Shown here: positions 1-8,559 of the stretch, piece by piece
Layout of the letters: each line of letters opens with the position of its first letter
Position numbering within the stretch: position 1 is the first letter of the stretch
DNA from: Asaia bogorensis
GTDB taxonomy: Bacteria; Pseudomonadota; Alphaproteobacteria; Rhodospirillales; CAMCUA01
Direction: 5' to 3'
DNA: 40,623 nt
Assembly: GCA_945878455.1 (NCBI GenBank)
Contig: CAMCUA010000003.1
Location: 1-40,623 of the forward strand
The notes under the pieces: generated by a model
The model's database searches: none
What the model was told of the DNA's origin: nothing
What the model saw: the letters and a program-made list of their open reading frames with translations, nothing else
Made by a program: the position numbers and the translations under genes

Positions 1-231
1 AAACATCTTTCTTCGCTCCATTCATCAACCAGCCAAAGCCAGCCAACAAACAAAGCTTAAAGGACATTCGCAGACAAACGACCCATTACCAAAAGCAACC
101 AAGCCGCCGCCCGCGTATCCCTTCCTATCATCACAATGTCAAAGAGCAACGCGGCTCGGAAATTCCTCATAAAACAGAGGGTTCCCTGTCGCGAGGGGCG
201 CCTTATACGCCCCCATTCACAGAAGTGTCAA
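1..231 (-). promoter_or_regulatory. rRNA operon promoter and 5' leader (16S gene lies beyond window start)
   Basis: Minus strand: TTGACA (231-226), 18 nt, TATAAG (207-202), GC-rich discriminator GCGCCCC, then boxA TGCTCTTTGACA (148-137) and a purine-rich leader segment GGAAGGGATACGCGGGCGGCGG typical of alphaproteobacterial rrn leaders. No mature 16S sequence is visible. Confidence 0.8.
137..148 (-). promoter_or_regulatory. boxA antitermination element
   Basis: Reverse complement TGCTCTTTGACA, one mismatch to consensus TGCTCTTTAACA, about 50 nt downstream of the predicted promoter. Confidence 0.85.
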
Positions 232-248
232 ACGCTATTCTGCCGCGC

Positions 249-288
249 TGCATCGTCACTGTGGAGAGTTGCATCGTCACCGTGGAGA
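249..288. repeat. direct repeat, two copies, 21-bp period
   Basis: TGCATCGTCACTGTGGAGA (249-267) and TGCATCGTCACCGTGGAGA (270-288), 18/19 identical. Confidence 0.9.
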
Positions 289-441
289 AAGGGGGGGAAG
301 GAATACGATCCTGAAAAACAGTGTCTTTTCAGCTCTTATTGTGGCGACCCTTGGCATGCACCCCGCAGGTTCCTCAGCCCTTCCCCATGGGCCGCTATCA
401 GCCACTTGATTCACAACATTAATTCAGGCCGCCCCTTTTTC

Positions 442-470
442 TTGACAAGGCCGGCGAGCCTCGACATTGT
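442..470 (+). promoter_or_regulatory. putative sigma70 promoter of M23 gene
   Basis: TTGACA (442-447), 17 nt, CATTGT (465-470), upstream of ATG 509. Confidence 0.5.
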
Positions 471-508
471 GCCCTTAACAACGAAGCCCTGCCGGCGGCC
501 TCTGCCTC

Positions 509-2047
509 ATGGTGCGGCGCAACAATGTACGCACAGAGGTGAGGGAGTCTGGCGTCATTCCACACGCAGGCAAAATTGCAACGGTTTTAGCGGCCGGACT
601 CGGGATCGTTTTCCTATCAATCGATCCGCCGGGAATTACCGCTCAGCAGCCGCCTGTTGCCATGGATGACGCGACGCCACGCGTTACACTCGCCACGGCA
701 CCGGTTTGGCTCGGCAACTCCTTGACGGCAGCCAACCTTTACGTCACCCACGCAGTCCATCCAACGGAAGAGCATGCCTCTCCAACGGAAGGACACATCG
801 CTCCGCCGGAAGCGCCCATCGCCGAGGTGCAGCCAGAAGGCGCAAGCCTGTCCGAGGAAGCCAGCGACGGCAACATATCCACGGATCCCACCTATAGCTG
901 GACTCTGAACATCAAGCGTGGCGATACGCTGATGCCGAAATTGGTGGATGCCGGCATTCCGCGCTCCCAAGCGCGGGCCGCGATCAGCGCGCTCGGGCGC
1001 TTTTATGATCCACGCCGCATTCGCCCCGGACAGGCCGTGACCGTGACTTTTCGCGACACTGCGAACGATCCGGTGGACGAAGGCAGCCGTAGTGAGGATG
1101 GCAGTGCAACGTTCGTCGGCCTGACTGTAACCGTCGACTATGCCAAACAGGTCGCCGTCGCCCGTACCGAAGATGGCCAATTTTCCGCCCGTGAAGTCGA
1201 GGCCAACCTGCGCCAGGAACTGCGCGCCGTCAGCGGCACGATCGACAACAGTCTGTTCGAATCGGCGGAACGCGAAGGCGTGCCGGTGCCGGTGCTGATC
1301 AATATGATCAAGGCGTTTTCCTGGGATGTCGATTTTCAACGCGACATTCAACCAGGTGACGGTTTCGAAGTGATGTTCGAGCAGTTTCGCAACGACGCCG
1401 GCGAAACCGTTCACGAAGGCCGCATGGTCTATGGCAACCTGATCCTGCAGGGCAAGCGCAAGCCGATCTATCTGTTCACCACCGAAGACGGCGTTGAGGA
1501 CTACTTCGACGAGGAAGGCAAAGCAGCACGCAAGGCATTGCTGCGCACGCCCATCGATGGCGCCAAGCTGTCATCAGGCTTCGGCCAGCGTAGACATCCC
1601 ATTCTCGGCTATAACCGCATGCATCGCGGCATCGATTTCGCGGCCCCGAACGGCACGCCGATCTACGCCGCCGGCGACGGCGTCGTCGATTTCGCCGGCC
1701 CGAACGCCGGCTATGGCCGCTATGTCCGCATCCGTCACAACGACGAGTTTTCCACGGCCTACGCCCATATAAGCAACTTCGCCCCCGGCATGATGCGCGG
1801 CAAGCGGGTGCGCCAGGGTGAAGTCATCGGCTACGTCGGTTCGACCGGAGAATCCACCGGACCGCATCTGCACTATGAAATTCTCCGCCAAAACGAGCAG
1901 GTCAATCCGCTGACGATCAAGGTACAGGCCGGGCGCATCCTGGCCGGACGCGACATCAAGCGCTTCGCGGCCCAACGCGGTACCATCAGCAACGAATTAG
2001 CCGCCACCCAACAGAACCTGCACATGGTCGCGGACATCGTCGACTAA
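509..2047 (+). CDS. M23 family peptidoglycan DD-endopeptidase (MepM-like) with N-terminal membrane anchor and LysM-like segment
   Basis: Zn motifs MHRGIDF (HxxxD) and GPHLHYE (HxH); IKRGDTL LysM-like start; FSWDVDFQRDIQPGD central domain; hydrophobic N-terminal segment. Confidence 0.93.
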   Translation: MVRRNNVRTEVRESGVIPHAGKIATVLAAGLGIVFLSIDPPGITAQQPPVAMDDATPRVTLATAPVWLGNSLTAANLYVTHAVHPTEEHASPTEGHIAPPEAPIAEVQPEGASLSEEASDGNISTDPTYSWTLNIKRGDTLMPKLVDAGIPRSQARAAISALGRFYDPRRIRPGQAVTVTFRDTANDPVDEGSRSEDGSATFVGLTVTVDYAKQVAVARTEDGQFSAREVEANLRQELRAVSGTIDNSLFESAEREGVPVPVLINMIKAFSWDVDFQRDIQPGDGFEVMFEQFRNDAGETVHEGRMVYGNLILQGKRKPIYLFTTEDGVEDYFDEEGKAARKALLRTPIDGAKLSSGFGQRRHPILGYNRMHRGIDFAAPNGTPIYAAGDGVVDFAGPNAGYGRYVRIRHNDEFSTAYAHISNFAPGMMRGKRVRQGEVIGYVGSTGESTGPHLHYEILRQNEQVNPLTIKVQAGRILAGRDIKRFAAQRGTISNELAATQQNLHMVADIVD

Positions 2048-2115
2048 GCGATGGTGCCGTTGTTGCCGCCGCCGCGACAGCCAATACGATAGGGTGGCGC
2101 GGGAGGCTTATCGGC

Positions 2116-2901
2116 ATGTTCGGAACTGACACCAGTAAAGGTTTCGGCACGGCGCGCGGACTGGCCCGCTCGGTATGGCGCGCCGGCTGCCTGACACTTG
2201 ACACTCTGTTGCCGTTGCAATGTTTGAGCTGCGCCACCGTGGTCGGGCCGGACGGCGGGTTGTGCCCCACTTGCTGGCCGAGCATCACCTTTATCCAGGC
2301 GCCACAATGTGCCACCTGCGGACTGCCATTTGATCTTGACCTGGGCGAGGATGCCGTGTGCGGTGCCTGCAGCCGCGAGGCGCCACCCTTCTCCCGGGCA
2401 CGGGCGGTCTTCGTTTACGACGATGCATCGCGCCATCTGGTGCTGTCGTTCAAGCACGCGGATCGGACGGACGCCGCACCCGTCTATGCCCGCTGGATGG
2501 CGCGAACAGGTGCGGCACTGGTGGCCGAGGCCGATGTGATCGCGCCGGTGCCGCTGCATTGGACCCGCCTGTTCCGCCGACGCTACAATCAGGCAGCTTT
2601 GCTGGCCAAGGCGCTGGGACACCACAGCGGCATCCCGGTCGACCCCAGCCTGTTATGGCGGCGCCGGCGCACACCGTCGCAAGGCGGTCTTGGGGCAGCG
2701 GGCCGGCGTGACAATGTGCGTGGCGCCATCGTCATGCGCCCCGGCCGGCAGGCCGCCATCGTCGGGCGGCGCATCCTGATCGTCGACGATGTGCTGACCA
2801 CGGGAGCGACAGCGGCAGCCTGTGCCCGTGCCCTGTTACGAGGCGGGGCCGGCGCCATCGATATCCTGACCCTGGCGCGGGTCGTGCGCCCCACCTTTTA
2901 G
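2116..2901 (+). CDS. comF: ComF family protein (double zinc ribbon plus PRTase domain)
   Basis: Four CxxC pairs; PVPLH..R...RRYNQA; ILIVDDVLTTGAT PRPP loop; SD GGAGG at 2102-2106. Confidence 0.93.
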   Translation: MFGTDTSKGFGTARGLARSVWRAGCLTLDTLLPLQCLSCATVVGPDGGLCPTCWPSITFIQAPQCATCGLPFDLDLGEDAVCGACSREAPPFSRARAVFVYDDASRHLVLSFKHADRTDAAPVYARWMARTGAALVAEADVIAPVPLHWTRLFRRRYNQAALLAKALGHHSGIPVDPSLLWRRRRTPSQGGLGAAGRRDNVRGAIVMRPGRQAAIVGRRILIVDDVLTTGATAAACARALLRGGAGAIDILTLARVVRPTF

Positions 2902-2994
2902 ATGGGCGCTTAGCAGACTATATATGAGGGGTCCGCAACCCTGCCGTCGATGATCCGCCATGCTCCAGGAATAACCCCGCCAAGGATCGACACC

Positions 2995-3273
2995 TTGCCC
3001 AATATTGAAATCTATACGACCTCCCTATGTCCCTATTGCCATGCGGCAAAGCGCCTGCTCGACCGCAAGGGTGCCCGCTATGCCGAGATCGACGTTCAGG
3101 CGGCGCCGGAACGCCGCCGCGAGATGATGGCGCGTGCCAGCGGTCGCACCACGGTACCGCAAATCTTCATCGACGGGCGCCATATCGGCGGCTGCGACGA
3201 TCTTCACGAGTTGGATAGCAAGGGCGGGCTCGACCCGCTGCTGACCCCTGCAGGCGTGGCTGGTCAGGCATGA
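2995..3273 (+). CDS. grxC: glutaredoxin 3
   Basis: CPYC active site, TVPQIFI, IGGCDDL. Start set at TTG 2995 after SD AAGGA; the ORF track extends to 2950. Confidence 0.95.
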   Translation: MPNIEIYTTSLCPYCHAAKRLLDRKGARYAEIDVQAAPERRREMMARASGRTTVPQIFIDGRHIGGCDDLHELDSKGGLDPLLTPAGVAGQA

Positions 3274-3725
3274 TCCTTTACGAACTGATGTGCTCGGCCG
3301 AACACCGGTTCGAGGCGTGGTTTCGCGACAGCGCGGCTTTCGACACGCAACGCAAGGCGCGTGCCGTTAGCTGTCCGTTGTGCGGCAACACCAAGGTGCG
3401 CAAGGCCATCATGGCACCCTCCGTGGCCCGTTCCAAACAACGAACAGGCGCGAACGAACCGGCCGACGCCGGCACGGCCCAAGCAGCCGGCGAGGTGGGC
3501 AACCATCGCCAACTGATGGAACTGGTCACTCAGCTGCGCGAGCAGGTGGAGCAGAACTGCGATTACGTCGGCGATACCTTTCCCGAAGAGGCGCGACGCA
3601 TCCATTACGGCGAGGCCGAGACGCGCGGCATTTATGGCGAGGCCAGCGAGGCCGAGGCCCAGGAGTTGCGGGAAGAAGGCGTTCCGGTAGGCCGGTTGCC
3701 GTTCCTGCCCCGGCGCAACGACTGA
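3270..3725 (+). CDS. DUF1178 family protein
   Basis: MILYELMC..EHRFEAWF, CPLCG, KAIMAP, EEARRIHYGE..RGIYGEA; ATGA overlap with grxC. Confidence 0.9.
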   Translation: MILYELMCSAEHRFEAWFRDSAAFDTQRKARAVSCPLCGNTKVRKAIMAPSVARSKQRTGANEPADAGTAQAAGEVGNHRQLMELVTQLREQVEQNCDYVGDTFPEEARRIHYGEAETRGIYGEASEAEAQELREEGVPVGRLPFLPRRND

Positions 3726-3728
3726 GGG

Positions 3729-4559
3729 CTATGCCGCTGTCGCCGCGGCGCTCTTCACCGCCACCGCCAGGTAGTTGACCGACAGATCGTCTGTCAGCCG
3801 CCAGTCGCCGTCCACCGGGACATAGCTCAGGCCGCGCAGCGCCGTCAAATCCAGTCCTGTCCGGCGTAGGCCGCGGGCCAGTTCGGACGGACGGACGAAG
3901 CGCCGCCAGTCGTGGGTACCGGGCGGCACCCAGCGCAACAGGTATTCGGCGCCGATCTTGGCCAGCGCCAGCGAGGCTAGAGTCCGGTTGATGGTCGACA
4001 GCACGAGGATGCCACCGGGGCGCACCAGCGCGGCGGCGGCGGCGAGAAAAGCATCTATCTCCTCGACATGCTCGACCACTTCCAGGCTGATGACAGCGTC
4101 GAAGGAACGGCCCGATCCCACCAGATTCTCAGGCGCCGCCGCCAGGTATTCGATGGCGAGGCCACCGCAGCGCGCGTGTTCGCCGGCAGCAGCCACGGAT
4201 TCGGCCGCCGCATCGATGCCAACGACCCGTGCACCGAGACGAGCCAACGGTTCGCACAGCAGGCCGCCGCCGCAGCCGATATCAAGAATGGTCAGCTGGC
4301 GCAGCGAGGCCATGGAGCGCGGATCGCGGGCAAAATGAGCGCACAGCCGGTCGCGGATGAAGGTCAAGCGCGTTGGATTGATGCGGTGCAGCGGCTGGAA
4401 TGGCCCGTCTTCGTCCCACCATTCCCCGGCCAGGGCGGCGAAACGCGCCACTTCGTCGGAGTTGGCCGTCGTTGTCGCCGGTTTGGGGGCTGCCGGTTGG
4501 GGGGCCCCCGGCTGGAAGGCCGCCGCTGGAGCGGCCCGTCGATCCTTGCCTGTGTCCAT
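3729..4559 (-). CDS. ubiG: ubiquinone biosynthesis O-methyltransferase
   Basis: EVARF...WWD..GPF.PLH.INP.R, LDIGCGGG SAM motif, LEVVEHV, GTHDW. Start ATG 4559 is supported by a promoter 7 nt upstream. Confidence 0.95.
   Translation of the reverse strand: MDTGKDRRAAPAAAFQPGAPQPAAPKPATTTANSDEVARFAALAGEWWDEDGPFQPLHRINPTRLTFIRDRLCAHFARDPRSMASLRQLTILDIGCGGGLLCEPLARLGARVVGIDAAAESVAAAGEHARCGGLAIEYLAAAPENLVGSGRSFDAVISLEVVEHVEEIDAFLAAAAALVRPGGILVLSTINRTLASLALAKIGAEYLLRWVPPGTHDWRRFVRPSELARGLRRTGLDLTALRGLSYVPVDGDWRLTDDLSVNYLAVAVKSAAATAA
4477..4521. repeat. degenerate 15-bp tandem repeat in ubiG N-terminal extension
   Basis: GCCGGTTTGGGGGCT / GCCGGTTGGGGGGCC / CCCGGCTGGAAGGCC, encoding AFQPG-APQPA-APKPA on the minus strand. 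Confidence 0.7.
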
Positions 4560-4741
4560 GCCTGCGAGTATGAATACGCGCCCGCCGCACTGCAACCGGC
4601 ACGATATCCCGCCATGTCCCGCTTCCTGCGCCCGCGCCAGGATGCTTGCGACGGTTTTGGCGTGGCGCGGCAGGAATGCGGCGGCACACCGGCAATCGCC
4701 TGCCGGAGGCCATCAGCGCACGAAGACAAAACAGGACGTTC

Positions 4742-5962
4742 ATGGCGCGCATAGTGCAAAAATTCGGCGGCACGTCGGTCGCCGATACAGATCGGATCAA
4801 GAATGTGGTGCGCCACGTCCGCCGCGAGGTGGACGCCGGCCATCAGGTCGCGGTCGTCGTCTCGGCGATGGCCGGGGTTACCAATCAGTTGGTCAAGTAC
4901 GTGCGCGACATCAGCACGCTATACGATGCCCGGGAATACGATACCGTGGTCGCCACCGGCGAGCAGGTAACAGCAGGTTTGCTGGCTTTGGCCCTGCAAC
5001 GCGAGGGCATCGACGCGCGGTCGTGGGCGGGCTGGCAAATTCCCATCCGTACCGACGGCGTGCATGGCCGCGCCCGCATCGAATCAATCGAGACCGCAGA
5101 ACTGGAAAAGCGCCTGGCGCGCGGCGAAGTGGTGGTGGTCACCGGCTTTCAGGGACTGGGGCCGGACAATCGGGTGACCACCTTGGGCCGCGGCGGTTCG
5201 GATACCAGCGCCGTGGCGCTGGCCGCGGCGCTGGGCGCCGACCGTTGCGATATTTATACGGACGTCGACGGCATCTATACCACCGACCCGCGCATCGTCA
5301 CCAAAGCACGCAAGTTAGCGAAAATCACTTACGAAGAGATGCTGGAACTGGCCTCGGTCGGCGCCAAGGTCTTGCAGACCCGTTCGGTGGAACTGGCCAT
5401 GAAACAACGGGTGCGCGTTCAGGTCCTCTCCAGCTTCGAGGACGTGCCCGGCACCTTGGTCGTGGATGAGGATGAGATCGTGGAAAAAGAATTGGTTAGC
5501 GGCATCGCGTATAGCCGGGACGAGGCCAAGGTTACGCTGGTCGGCGTGCCCGACCGCCCCGGGGTCGCCGCCGGCATCTTCGGCCCGCTGTCAGAGGCCA
5601 GCATCAATGTCGATATGATCGTGCAGAACGTCTCGCCCGATGGACGGACGACGGACCTGACCTTCACCGTCGGCGAAGCCGATCTGGAACGCACCCTGCA
5701 AGTCCTCGAAGAGCATCGCGCGGCGCTGGGCTATGCCAATCTCTTGTCGGATTCGCAGGTTGCCAAGATTTCGGTCATCGGTGTCGGCATGCGCAGCCAT
5801 GCCGGCGTCGCCCAGCAGATGTTCCAAGCATTGGCCGAAAAAAGCATCAATATCCAGGTGATCTCGACATCGGAAATCAAGGTCAGCGTGCTGATCGCCG
5901 AAGATTACACCGAACTGGCGTTGCGTGCTTTGCACGCGGCCTACGGCCTGGATGCAGACTGA
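4742..5962 (+). CDS. lysC: aspartate kinase
   Basis: VQKFGGTSV, VVVSAM, TLGRGGSDTSA, YTDVDG, two ACT domains ending ISTSEIKVS; start ATG 4742 after AGGA. Confidence 0.97.
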   Translation: MARIVQKFGGTSVADTDRIKNVVRHVRREVDAGHQVAVVVSAMAGVTNQLVKYVRDISTLYDAREYDTVVATGEQVTAGLLALALQREGIDARSWAGWQIPIRTDGVHGRARIESIETAELEKRLARGEVVVVTGFQGLGPDNRVTTLGRGGSDTSAVALAAALGADRCDIYTDVDGIYTTDPRIVTKARKLAKITYEEMLELASVGAKVLQTRSVELAMKQRVRVQVLSSFEDVPGTLVVDEDEIVEKELVSGIAYSRDEAKVTLVGVPDRPGVAAGIFGPLSEASINVDMIVQNVSPDGRTTDLTFTVGEADLERTLQVLEEHRAALGYANLLSDSQVAKISVIGVGMRSHAGVAQQMFQALAEKSINIQVISTSEIKVSVLIAEDYTELALRALHAAYGLDAD

Positions 5963-6145
5963 GCCCGCCGGCAACGGTCCGCGGCACCCTGGAAAAAGCC
6001 GACGAAAGCCTCTTTCGGACCGTTGGCGGCGTTCGCGGTCCGGGACATACTCATGCCTCTGGCAAAAGGGCATAACGTGCACGCTCGATCGGCCGTAACC
6101 ATACCGGGCGCCGGCTTCGTTGCTCCGGGCGAGTGGAACTAGGCC

Positions 6146-8416
6146 GTGGCGACGCGGCCCCGCGTAGCACGTCCACGCCGGCTGCTGGCGCGTATGCGCG
6201 ACGTCATGGCGGGCGCGAGCGCCGCCGAAGCGCGGTTGGCAGAGATCGTCGAAATCCTGGCCAGCGACATGGTCGCCGAAGTGTGTTCGGTATACGTGCG
6301 CCGCGCCGGCGACATGCTGGAATTGTTCGCCACCCGGGGCCTCAACCCCGAAGCCGTACACCGCACCCGGCTGCACTTCGGCGAAGGCTTGGTCGGCGAT
6401 ATCGGCGCGCATGCCCGGCCACTCAGTCTGGCCGACGCCCAAAGCCATCCGAATTTCGTCTTCCGCCCGGAAACCGGCGAGGAAATTTATAGCTCGCTGA
6501 TGGGCGTGCCGATCCTGCGTGGCGGGCGCGTGGTCGGTGTCGTCGTCGTGCAGAACCGGGTGCGGCGCAGCTATTCCGAAGAGGAAGTCGAAACGCTGCA
6601 GACGGTCGCCATGGTGCTGGCCGAACTGATCAGCGGCGGCGAACTGATCGACAGTGCCGAGTTGTTGCCGGCAGACGGCACCGGCCAATTGCCGCTGCGA
6701 TTGGAAGGCGTTTCCCTAAACCCGGGCCAGGCACTTGGCCTCGCCGTGCTGCATCAGCCACAACTGGGCATCCGCCGGCTGGTGGCCGAAGATACCGAAC
6801 TGGAACACCGGCGCCTGCGCGACGCCGTTGCCGAAATGCACGGCCGGCTCGACGACATGCTCGACGCCAGCGATCTGGCGGGGGGCGGCGAGCACCGGGA
6901 CGTTCTGGAATCCTACCGGATGATCGCCGAAGACGCCGGTTGGCTGTCGCGCATCGCCGAGGCCATCGACGGCGGCCTGACGGCCGAGGCGGCGGTGACG
7001 CGCGTGCATAATGATATTCGCGTCCGCCTGTCGCGGGTATCCGATCCCTACCTGCGCGAGCGCGTCCACGATATCGAGGACCTGACCAGCCGCCTGTTGG
7101 GTCATCTGATGGGTAACGACCAGAACAACATGGTATCGGCGGTAACCGGCGATTTCGTGCTGATCGCGCGCAACATGGGCCCGGCGCAACTGCTCGACTA
7201 CGACCGAACACGGCTGCGCGGGTTGGTGCTCGAGGAAGGTTCGCCCAATAGCCACGTGGCCATTGTCGCGCGCGCCCTCGACATTCCTGTGGTCGGCAAT
7301 GTGCGCGACGCCTTGATCCGTGCCGAGTCCGGCGATCCGGTTCTGGTCGATGGCGACAGTGCCCGGGTTTACATTCGTCCCGGCGAAGATATCCAGACGG
7401 CTTTCCTGGAGACCCTGGAATTGCGCCAGCAGCGCCGGGCCGTCTATTCCAGCCTGCGCGATCTGCCGGCTGTCACCGTCGACGGGCACAAAATCGGACT
7501 TCGCATCAACGCGGGGCTAACATCCGATGTGCTTTCCCTGACCGAGTCGGGCGCCGAAGGCATCGGGCTGTACCGCACCGAGCTGGCCTTCATGATGCAC
7601 GGCTCCTTCCCCGACGTCGCGCAGCAGACCCGCATGTATCGCGATGTTCTCGATCAGGCCGGTGGCAAGCCCGTCATCTTTCGCACGCTGGACGCGGGTG
7701 GCGATAAGACCCTGCCCTATTGGCAGGACGGCAACGAGGAAAATCCTGCGATGGGATGGCGGGCGCTGCGCGTCGCGCTCGACCGCCCGGCGCTGCTGCG
7801 CCAGCAATTGCGCGCCATGCTGCGGGCCGGGGCCGGACGGGTGCTGTCCATTATGTTCCCAATGGTTGCCGAAGTGGCCGAATTCGAACGGGCCCGCAAT
7901 CTGGCCCTCACCGAGCTGCGCCGTCTGCGCGATAACGGCGAGGCGGAACCGACTGCGCTGGACATGGGCGTCATGCTCGAAGTACCCGGACTACTATTCC
8001 AGTTCCCGGCCTTGTTGAAACAGGTCGATTTCGTATCGGTCGGCAGCAACGATCTTTTGCAGTTCCTGTTCGCCAGCGACCGTGGCAATCCGCGCCTGGC
8101 CGGCCGCTACGATCCCTTATCGCCGCTGGTCCTGTCCTACCTGCGCGAGGCCGTAGCGCGCTGCAACGCCGCCGGCGTGCGTATCAGCCTGTGCGGCGAA
8201 ATGGCCGGCCAGCCGCTGGAGGCCATGGCGCTGATCGGCCTTGGATTTCGCGAGTTGTCGGTCACCCCCGGCGCGGTCGGGCCCGTGAAGCGGATGGTGC
8301 GCAGCCTGTCCATTGCTCCGTTGACGGATTATATGACAAGTCTCTATGACCTGCCGCAGCACAGTGTGCGAGGCAAACTCAGAGCTTTCGCCCTGGATCA
8401 TGGCATTATCATTTAA
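6146..8416 (+). CDS. ptsP: phosphoenolpyruvate-protein phosphotransferase EI(Ntr)
   Basis: N-terminal GAF domain, phospho-His motif NSHVAIVAR, GIGLYRTE, EENPAMGWR, SVGSNDL, CGEMAG. Confidence 0.96.
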   Translation: MATRPRVARPRRLLARMRDVMAGASAAEARLAEIVEILASDMVAEVCSVYVRRAGDMLELFATRGLNPEAVHRTRLHFGEGLVGDIGAHARPLSLADAQSHPNFVFRPETGEEIYSSLMGVPILRGGRVVGVVVVQNRVRRSYSEEEVETLQTVAMVLAELISGGELIDSAELLPADGTGQLPLRLEGVSLNPGQALGLAVLHQPQLGIRRLVAEDTELEHRRLRDAVAEMHGRLDDMLDASDLAGGGEHRDVLESYRMIAEDAGWLSRIAEAIDGGLTAEAAVTRVHNDIRVRLSRVSDPYLRERVHDIEDLTSRLLGHLMGNDQNNMVSAVTGDFVLIARNMGPAQLLDYDRTRLRGLVLEEGSPNSHVAIVARALDIPVVGNVRDALIRAESGDPVLVDGDSARVYIRPGEDIQTAFLETLELRQQRRAVYSSLRDLPAVTVDGHKIGLRINAGLTSDVLSLTESGAEGIGLYRTELAFMMHGSFPDVAQQTRMYRDVLDQAGGKPVIFRTLDAGGDKTLPYWQDGNEENPAMGWRALRVALDRPALLRQQLRAMLRAGAGRVLSIMFPMVAEVAEFERARNLALTELRRLRDNGEAEPTALDMGVMLEVPGLLFQFPALLKQVDFVSVGSNDLLQFLFASDRGNPRLAGRYDPLSPLVLSYLREAVARCNAAGVRISLCGEMAGQPLEAMALIGLGFRELSVTPGAVGPVKRMVRSLSIAPLTDYMTSLYDLPQHSVRGKLRAFALDHGIII

Positions 8417-8559
8417 GTTTTTCTTGTCAGGCGTTTGGAAATTATACATCTTTTGCAACAATACTCGGCAAAGTTCCGGGTTGTTGACTTGAATTCCCGG
8501 CGCGGGCGCTGCGGCAAGCAGCGCGGCGAGGCCAGAACGGCAGCGGGGATCGCCATAAC

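Noticed and set aside
1-135. Mature rRNA or tRNA gene
   Set aside because: No 16S 5' signature (AGAGTTTGATC on the minus strand) or tRNA cloverleaf seen; leader only.
249-288. CRISPR-like repeat
   Set aside because: Only two copies separated by 2 nt, no spacers and no cas genes.
136-669. 177-aa ORF on the + strand
   Set aside because: Runs antisense through the rrn leader and promoter and overlaps the M23 gene out of frame; no recognisable motifs.
4596-4741. Lysine riboswitch upstream of lysC
   Set aside because: The available region is too short and lacks recognisable L-box motifs.
5955-6035. Hammerhead ribozyme
   Set aside because: A GAAA is present but the CUGANGA core is not.
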